The notes under the pieces were generated by a model. It made no database searches, was not told the origin of the DNA, and saw only the letters and a list, made by a program, of their open reading frames with translations. From contig NZ_JBNDJE010000036.1 in the NCBI RefSeq assembly GCF_050434805.1, forward strand, positions 1-15,522: 15,522 nt of DNA, given 5' to 3'. The position numbers and the translations under genes are program-made. Shown here piece after piece: positions 8,301 through 13,400 of the stretch (positions are counted from its first letter, which is position 1; each line of letters opens with the position of its first letter). The stretch comes from Massilia sp. UYP11 (GTDB taxonomy: Bacteria; Pseudomonadota; Gammaproteobacteria; Burkholderiales; Burkholderiaceae_D).

Positions 8301-8369
8301 CCCGGCATGCAGCCTGTCCGGCAGCATCACTTACATGTCACGGTGAGCGATTTGAATGGGTGACTTGTA

Positions 8370-8457
8370 GAGCGGCCGGAGCGGCAGAGCTGGATCTACT
8401 TGTGTTGCATCGTATGGTCGAGCGGCTCTGCGGCAGGTTGCCAGAGTGAGCCGCTCG
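8370..8457 (-). promoter_or_regulatory. Cluster of GAGCGGC motifs, including a 10-bp-stem hairpin, between the methylase and the effector operon
   Basis: GAGCGGC occurs at 8370-8376, 8379-8385 and 8420-8426, and inverted (GCCGCTC) at 8450-8456. CGAGCGGCTC (8419-8428) pairs perfectly with GAGCCGCTCG (8448-8457). An inner GGCA/TGCC pairing sits in the 19-nt loop. No U-run follows on either strand, so this is not a canonical intrinsic terminator. Confidence 0.45.
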
Positions 8458-8472
8458 GTAAGTGGAGGACAG

Positions 8473-10026
8473 TCAGACAAGGACGTTCTTCACTAAGCTG
8501 GCTATTCGATTCGCTAGTAGTGGGGGGACGGCATTTCCGACCTGATGAAACTGCTCAGTTCGGTTGCCCATAAAGAAGTAGTTGTCAGGAAAAGTTTGCA
8601 ACCGGGCGGCCTCGCGAACAGTCAAGCTACGGCATTGCGTCGCATCGGGGTGGATAAAATAGTGACCGTCTTTAGCGATATGGCTAGTGATAGTTGTAGA
8701 GTGGGCCCCATATCGTTGTACCTTGAACCTGTCAGCGAACTTGCCTGTTTCCCAGTTATCGTGATCGGGGCGCAAGCCAGATAGGTCAAACTGTTGATGC
8801 CCTTTTGGTGAAAAGCCTCGCAGCTCTGCAAACGTTGCGGCGTATGCGTATCTTCGAAGATCGCCTGTCATATGGGCACGTGCCTCATGATTTAGCCATT
8901 TATTCAGATTCGGGTCCAAATACCACTCCCTGAGTTCAAGCGGTAAGACGCTGTCGCCGGCACCAGAAAATCGATTGCTGCCGGTTTCTAAGTTATATTT
9001 AACTCCAAACGCAGACGACAGCAGCGCACAACTTAAGTCTGCGTCACCCTTTGCGTTTGCTTCAGCCGCCAGTGAGCGGAGATGATCGATCACAGTATTT
9101 GCCCATACGGAGCTTGAGTCTTGTTCGCGGGTTAGACTACTCCTGAGGGCTGGAAGGCCACTTAGCACGTCTTCCACAAGGTGAGATGGGACATTCTTGC
9201 TAAGTCGACCTGCCCGCACATTGATGTCGGATCGAATTCCTAAAAGGATTACCCTATGCCTAGCTTGGGGCAGCCCGTGCTCTTCTGCTTTGATTATGAA
9301 GTCCCTTGGGTCAATCGAGCTTACGTCCATTCCCTTTTCGAACGTCGTATCAGTCACTAACGAACAGATTTTATATCCGAAGTTTGATGGCGCCTCCCCA
9401 AGCGCTGCTCCTGGATCACATAGGTCCTTGAGGATGTGATGAAAGATTTTTTCACCATCAACTTTTGCGGAAAGAATTCCTTTAACGTTTTCCATCACGA
9501 AAACAGCGGGGCGACGGCTTCGGATGATTCTCAGGTACTCTTTGTAGAGGAAGTGACGATGATCTTCTTCGGCCTTGTAGCCAGCCTTGCCGAGATTTCG
9601 TGAACGGCCTACCAGCGAATACGCTTGACAAGGTGGGCCACCGATGAGAACACATTCTTCGTCTGCACTTAGGAGACTGTCTAGTATGGCGTCTAGCTCA
9701 TCATTGTCTGACGGCTTGCCAAGCTCGAACTGGCGGGCCTCACGTTGCGCCTCCTCCCAAGCAGCCTCCGTCACGCTGTCGTATGGGGAAGGCGCATCGC
9801 CATTGCAAAAGCGATAGTAGCGACGGGCATCGCGTGGGTTGTGCCTTACACGCCGAAAGTAGCTGCGGAGCGACAGGGTCTTATGAGCGGAGGTTTCCAT
9901 CTCAGCTGATACGATAATCTTGAAAGCCCGACCGTCGTCTAGAGATGAGAAGCCCTCACCTAGGCCGCCAGGTCCTGCAAATAAATCAATAATTGGTATA
10001 GTCATCACGAATACAGTTAGGCGCAC
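8473..10026 (-). CDS. dcm: DNA (cytosine-5)-methyltransferase, 517 aa as drawn
   Basis: Canonical m5C MTase motifs in order: I DLFAGPGGLGEGF, IV GGPPCQAYS, VI FVMENV, VIII QARHRVILLG, IX RSLTVREAARLQTFPDNY and X GNAVPPLLA. The start is uncertain. The choices are GTG at 10024-10026 or ATG at 10003-10005 (MTIPIIDLFAG...), and neither has a good SD. Confidence 0.92.
   Translation of the reverse strand: MRLTVFVMTIPIIDLFAGPGGLGEGFSSLDDGRAFKIIVSAEMETSAHKTLSLRSYFRRVRHNPRDARRYYRFCNGDAPSPYDSVTEAAWEEAQREARQFELGKPSDNDELDAILDSLLSADEECVLIGGPPCQAYSLVGRSRNLGKAGYKAEEDHRHFLYKEYLRIIRSRRPAVFVMENVKGILSAKVDGEKIFHHILKDLCDPGAALGEAPSNFGYKICSLVTDTTFEKGMDVSSIDPRDFIIKAEEHGLPQARHRVILLGIRSDINVRAGRLSKNVPSHLVEDVLSGLPALRSSLTREQDSSSVWANTVIDHLRSLAAEANAKGDADLSCALLSSAFGVKYNLETGSNRFSGAGDSVLPLELREWYLDPNLNKWLNHEARAHMTGDLRRYAYAATFAELRGFSPKGHQQFDLSGLRPDHDNWETGKFADRFKVQRYGAHSTTITSHIAKDGHYFIHPDATQCRSLTVREAARLQTFPDNYFFMGNRTEQFHQVGNAVPPLLANRIASLVKNVLV
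9994..10002 (+). promoter_or_regulatory. Candidate extended -10 element (TGgTATAGT) for vsr, embedded in the 5' end of the methylase gene
   Basis: TGGTATAGT at 9994-10002 fits TGnTATAAT at 8 of 9 positions. It lies about 60 nt upstream of the vsr ATG at 10062. The -35 region is weak (CTGCAA). Confidence 0.3.
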
Positions 10027-10061
10027 TCACCGAGTGGCCTGTTGAAGCAAATTGGGAACAA

Positions 10062-10538
10062 ATGATAGATATTGTAGATAAATTGGTACGATCACGAATG
10101 ATGGCGGCAAATAAAGCTAAAAACACTAAGCCGGAATTGTTGCTCAGACGGTTCTTACATGGGAAGGGCTTTCGCTACAGAATCCACGTTCGCAGCTTAC
10201 CAGGTTCACCCGATTTAGTGTTGGCAAAGTACAACTTAGTGATTTTTGTACACGGCTGTTTCTGGCATCAACATGCCGGATGCCGTTTTGCCACGACTCC
10301 AGACGAGCGGCGTGAGGAGTGGCAGGCGAAATTTGCAGGGACCCTGGCACGAGACGCTCAGCATATTACAGCGTTGCGTCAAGGCGGGTGGCGGGTATTC
10401 TTAATATGGGAGTGCGGCTTGACAAAAGGCCAGGCGGGCCAGTCCTTAGAACGGCTTCCAGAGGCAGTCAGGGACGCCTCTCTGGACTTCATCAGTTGGC
10501 CCGAGCCTGCTGTAGGGTTGAGCAAGCGCTCAACATGA
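10062..10538 (+). CDS. vsr: Very short patch repair endonuclease Vsr, 158 aa
   Basis: The alignment by eye to E. coli Vsr is clear: VDKLVRSRMM (Vsr: HDKATRSKNM), LPGSPDLVL (catalytic Asp context PGRPDFV), IFVHGCFWHQH, WQAKFAGTLARD and GWRVFLIWEC. Confidence 0.9.
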   Translation: MIDIVDKLVRSRMMAANKAKNTKPELLLRRFLHGKGFRYRIHVRSLPGSPDLVLAKYNLVIFVHGCFWHQHAGCRFATTPDERREEWQAKFAGTLARDAQHITALRQGGWRVFLIWECGLTKGQAGQSLERLPEAVRDASLDFISWPEPAVGLSKRST

Positions 10539-10638
10539 AGGGCGAGCCTCGGTTCAGCCGTCATCAGGCGGAACTAACATACACGGGTTGCCGTTGAGTC
10601 GAAACGCATCAGCATGTAGGTAGTGTAGTGTTGCTCTA

Positions 10639-10651
10639 CCCAGTGACATAC
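10639..10651. repeat. Left copy of a 13-bp direct repeat CCC(A/T)GTGACATAC; the right copy is at 11231-11243
   Basis: CCCAGTGACATAC (10639-10651) and CCCTGTGACATAC (11231-11243) match at 12 of 13 positions in direct orientation. They are 592 bp apart and bracket the 147-aa gene plus its upstream region. Confidence 0.5.
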
Positions 10652-10680
10652 CTAGTCGTCCGTTACGTAAGTACTGAATT

Positions 10681-11124
10681 TCACTTATTGGCGAAGCTGG
10701 CGCGCAAGCAGCCGCTTGCAGTGTCAATCTGGGAGTCCAACTCACCGGCGGCTACTGCCGCCTTGAGCATATCGAGCGTAGGGATCAGTTCGGCCATGGT
10801 GCCGACTTCGATTGCGCTCTTGCCCTTCGCAAGCTCAAGAACCTTCGCCCCATACTTTACGATCAGGCAGACCTTGCCGCTGTCTGCGGTAAACCACCAT
10901 GCCTTGATACGTTTAGGAGCCTCCACGCGGCGCACGTCGCCAGTCTCGCGGTCTTTCACTTTCCGGGTGTGCATGGGCGCATAAGTCTTACCTTCCTGTG
11001 CGCCCTTCGCCAGCTCTGTTTGTTCCCAAATTTTCGCAATCAGACGATTACGACGTTTAACAACAGGAGGGATATCAGAAGGACGTTTTGCAGATACCAG
11101 TTTCAGCGAAGTCAGTGTGTTCAT
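10681..11124 (-). CDS. Conserved-looking hypothetical protein, 147 aa
   Basis: ATG at 11122-11124 lies 7 nt after GAGG. The composition is protein-like: a basic N-terminal half (VVKRRNRLIAKIWEQ...) and WWFTADSGKVCLIVKYGAKVLEL in the middle. I recall similar proteins as a DUF family in proteobacterial islands, but I cannot name the family with confidence. Confidence 0.7.
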   Translation of the reverse strand: MNTLTSLKLVSAKRPSDIPPVVKRRNRLIAKIWEQTELAKGAQEGKTYAPMHTRKVKDRETGDVRRVEAPKRIKAWWFTADSGKVCLIVKYGAKVLELAKGKSAIEVGTMAELIPTLDMLKAAVAAGELDSQIDTASGCLRASFANK

Positions 11125-11280
11125 TTGTTTGCCTCATCAGTTAATTAGTACACCAATGATGCAGTCGCGTTATCACCTAATCAACTATTTTTCATAGCTT
11201 TCGAATTGCTCATGTTTAGTGGTGTTTTCGCCCTGTGACATACGGTGCCCTACCTGCGATATATCGGTTTGCTTGCGCAA

Positions 11281-11298
11281 TTTTGTCATAAGACAAAA
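11281..11298. other. Perfect palindrome TTTTGTC-ATAA-GACAAAA
   Basis: 7-bp arms and a 4-nt spacer, read directly from the sequence. It lies in the ORF-less region about 160 bp upstream of the 147-aa gene start. It could be an operator or an RNA hairpin. Confidence 0.4.
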
Positions 11299-11385
11299 AG
11301 TCACGCCGTATCGCAGTGACCTCGCACGACCGCCAAATTTCGCGGTCATTTCTTATACTCTATATCTGGGTAAATTCACTTCTGA

Positions 11386-11411
11386 TTCAGATATCTTTCT
11401 TCATATCTGAA
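11386..11411. other. 9-bp-stem hairpin TTCAGATAT-(8 nt)-ATATCTGAA
   Basis: Perfect inverted repeat read directly from the sequence (11386-11394 / 11403-11411). It is AT-rich and its function is unknown. Confidence 0.45.
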
Positions 11412-11732
11412 TGCAACGCGAAGGGCTGAGCGAGCAGCGAAGACCAGCGTCAGCATTCCCTTGCATCGGAGCGAATAGCGAAGAGGCAAGGTGCCGATAG
11501 GCAAAAAGACGAAGTCGGCAAAGATGACTAACGAATTTAGTCAGAGAAGTGGCTACCCAATTCAATGGGTACTGGAATTTGAATGCGCATATGTTCAGGA
11601 CAAACATCTGTTGCTTGAAGCACCAGAGCATCAACAGCGCATACCGTCTTTGCTTCGCGACAGATGGCTTGCTTGTTTCTGCGTATTGCATATGACGTGG
11701 TTTAGCAGGAAAAAAATTTACTCAAGATTATT

Positions 11733-11754
11733 CTTAACCCTCGCTGTGGTTAAG
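11733..11754 (+). terminator. Terminator-like hairpin CTTAACC-(8 nt)-GGTTAAG followed by ATCATTTTCC
   Basis: Perfect 7-bp stem with a T-rich tail on the plus strand. It sits inside the ORF-less region, so it would terminate an unannotated plus-strand transcript if it is functional. Confidence 0.3.
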
Positions 11755-11806
11755 ATCATTTTCCGCATCATGCAACACCCTCGCTTATCGTATGCCTCGC
11801 TGTTGG
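11738..11806 (+). repeat. Three direct copies of CCTCGCT within 69 bp
   Basis: CCCTCGCTGTGG (11738-11749), CCCTCGCTTATCG (11778-11790) and GCCTCGCTGTTGG (11794-11806), about 390-450 bp upstream of the recombinase gene. Confidence 0.4.
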
Positions 11807-12094
11807 CTCCGCTTAGTCTATGCACCCGGTTTTTACGTGAGTGGTCGTTGCTGCTGTGGTCCCAGTACCGCTAAGTTGTCCTGGCAGCTTTCAGTCGTTG
11901 CGACTGTGGCGCTATTGCGTTATCAGTATCAGTGCCTTATCTAAGGGCAGCCGGCTTTTCTAACGTGTGAGCCTTGTGGAGATCGGTGGTTTGTGGCTGA
12001 TTGTAATCTTGCTCTTGTAACTATATTTAGCTCCATGTGAGGATACAGGAACCAAAGGAAATAGCAATTATCTTTGTTTATTGGCTAAGTCCCT

Positions 12095-12109
12095 GAATCT
12101 TCTAGATTC
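12095..12109. promoter_or_regulatory. Palindrome GAATCT-TCT-AGATTC upstream of the recombinase gene
   Basis: 6-bp arms with a 3-nt spacer, 84 nt upstream of the ATG at 12193. It has the shape of an operator, but no known site was recognised. Confidence 0.3.
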
Positions 12110-12192
12110 TTCTCCCGATTAGTCTTGCGTTGATTTCCCAAACCAAAGAATGCATCCTCCGCTCCGTGGTTTTCTTATATTTTCAGGAGTTG

Positions 12193-12762
12193 ATGATGGC
12201 GCAAGCAAAAACCTTATCGGAAAAAGAGTTGAAGCGCGTGCTTGCGCACATCGCCATCGGTAAGCATGCTGCACGTAACAGGGCGATGTTGCTGATTACA
12301 CATTGGGCAGGTTTGCGAGTAGGGGAGGTAGCTGCGCTGTTGATTGGCGACGTGCTTGCAACTGATGGGTCGATCAAGTCGGAAATTCGATTGTTGCCTG
12401 AACAAACGAAGGGACGCCATGCGCGCACGGTATTTGTTGGGGAGCGTCTTCGCAAGGAGCTGACCGTGTACATCGCCACGCTGAAGAATCCAACACCAGA
12501 GAAGCCACTGTTTTACACCCAGAAGCGGCTTGGTTTCACGGCGAACACAATGTGCCAACACTTCCATTGGCTGTACAAACAAGCCAATATTGATGGAGCC
12601 AGCAGTCATTCCGGACGGCGCACGTTCATTACCAATCTTGCTAATAAGGGCGTCGGGGTGCGCGTGCTGATGGCATTGGCTGGGCACCGGAACATATCGA
12701 CCACCCAGGTGTATATTGACGTTAACGACGAAATGCAACGTGCTGCTGTCGATTTAGTCTAA
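12193..12762 (+). CDS. Small tyrosine recombinase (phage-integrase family catalytic domain only, 189 aa; FimB/FimE-like size and layout)
   Basis: ATGATG at 12193-12198 lies 4 nt after AGGAG (12185-12189). The ORF-track start at 12130 is a TTG without an SD. All catalytic residues are present: Arg-I in WAGLRVGEV, Lys in TKGRHARTV, HSGRRTF (His-x-x-Arg), GHRNISTT (His) and the nucleophile Tyr in TQVYI. Only about 40 aa precede Arg-I, so there is no N-terminal core-binding domain. The N-terminus LSEKELKRVLAHIAIGKHAARNRAMLLI resembles what I recall of FimB (LTHSEIESLLKAANTGPHAARNYCLTLL). Confidence 0.85.
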   Translation: MMAQAKTLSEKELKRVLAHIAIGKHAARNRAMLLITHWAGLRVGEVAALLIGDVLATDGSIKSEIRLLPEQTKGRHARTVFVGERLRKELTVYIATLKNPTPEKPLFYTQKRLGFTANTMCQHFHWLYKQANIDGASSHSGRRTFITNLANKGVGVRVLMALAGHRNISTTQVYIDVNDEMQRAAVDLV

Positions 12763-12872
12763 CTGCGAGTGTCACTTTAACCGACACTTCACAGTTTCTA
12801 TGCTCGCTTCGGACGCGCCGTCAAAATTTCCAAGCGAATGACGTGAAAATGGTCGCGATTGCACTTGGGTTT

Positions 12873-13213
12873 CTAGTGGCTCTGAATAATGTAGTCGCCA
12901 AATTTCAGGGTAAATATCGCGGCGTCGGACGCGACAACTTCTGAAATTACGAAAACGAAAATTCCTTTCGGCGAACGCACCATTTGCCGATACTCGAATT
13001 CGGTTGTAACTTTTATCTCCATTTCGCAATTATCTGCATACTTCCATACTTCCATAATTCGAGAAAATGTGTTTCTCCGATGCAAGTGGGTCCATCAATA
13101 GTGGAAATCAAATTAAATGCAATGGGATCAGGCTCCGTACAAATTCCGTTAACCATGAATTCATAGACGTATTCGCCATTACATGTTCTCCGATATTCTC
13201 TAATAAATCTCAT
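12873..13213 (-). pseudogene. Small AT-rich gene (110 aa when repaired) disrupted by an 8-bp tandem duplication
   Basis: ATG at 13211-13213 lies 7 nt after GGAGAG. The frame runs MRFIREY...GETHFLELWKY, then shifts at the duplicated TATGGAAG and stops at 13013. Deleting one 8-mer joins it in frame to ...ADNCEMEIKVTTEFEYRQMVRSPKGIFVFVISEVVASDAAIFTLKFGDYIIQSH, ending at TAG 12873-12875. This accounts for ORF-track ORFs 13013..13228 and 12873..13085 as two halves of one gene. Confidence 0.55.
13041..13056. repeat. Exact 8-bp tandem duplication CTTCCATA x2 (TATGGAAG x2 on the coding strand)
   Basis: Read directly from the sequence: 13041-13048 equals 13049-13056. A partial third copy (CATA) lies at 13037-13040. 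Confidence 0.95.
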
Positions 13214-13329
13214 TCCGTTTCTCTCCATTTGATTGCATCTATATTTATTTTGGATAGCTAGCTGCCGAATTGGTGTAGGGTGCTGTGCAAAGGCGCGCTG
13301 CGTCGCTGAGGTAGTCGGAAGCGCGGCTA

Positions 13330-13358
13330 TTGGGTTGTCGTCTGAACCGACAACCCAA
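13330..13358 (+). terminator. Strong hairpin with a plus-strand T-tract (rho-independent terminator shape on the plus strand)
   Basis: Perfect 11-bp stem TTGGGTTGTCG / CGACAACCCAA with a 7-nt loop. On the plus strand it is followed by CATTTTCTATTG. On the minus strand it is followed by TAGCCGCGC, with no U-run. It lies 43 nt below the stop of the 343-aa minus-strand gene. Confidence 0.5.
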
Positions 13359-13400
13359 CATTTTCTATTGTTCTGCCGCCGGCTCCTGACCGTCGCCCGG

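Noticed and set aside
8115-8330. 71-aa minus-strand ORF in the methylase-effector spacer, considered as a possible controller (C) protein
   Set aside because: It overlaps the GHKL gene start in another frame. It has no helix-turn-helix-like sequence and an Arg/Pro-rich composition.
10539-10680. Looked for a convergent terminator between vsr and the 147-aa gene
   Set aside because: I found only an imperfect stem (GTTCAGCC...GGCGGAAC, one mismatch, no U-run) and a trivial TAGTG TAGTG tandem. Nothing here is supportable.
11219-11874. Three ORFs (63, 96 and 127 aa) in the recombinase-upstream region
   Set aside because: They overlap each other on both strands and use GTG or unsupported starts without SDs. 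They are rich in Cys, Trp and Leu with no recognisable motif. I treat the region as non-coding, although a decayed gene cannot be excluded without a search.
11349-12179. Direct 9-mer TTTCTTATA at 11349-11357 and 12171-12179 as possible recombination sites
   Set aside because: By rough count, a couple of exact 9-mer pairs are expected by chance within a 1-kb AT-leaning region. The match does not extend beyond the 9-mer.
12768-12788. Hairpin AGTGTC-(9 nt)-GACACT just after the recombinase stop, considered as a terminator
   Set aside because: It has only a 6-bp stem, a large loop and no clear U-run. It is too weak to call.
12772-13029. Third minus-strand ORF (85 aa) overlapping the disrupted small gene
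   Set aside because: The single 8-bp repair already yields a complete ORF ending at 12873, so this third frame is not needed. It is also Arg-rich and lacks an SD.
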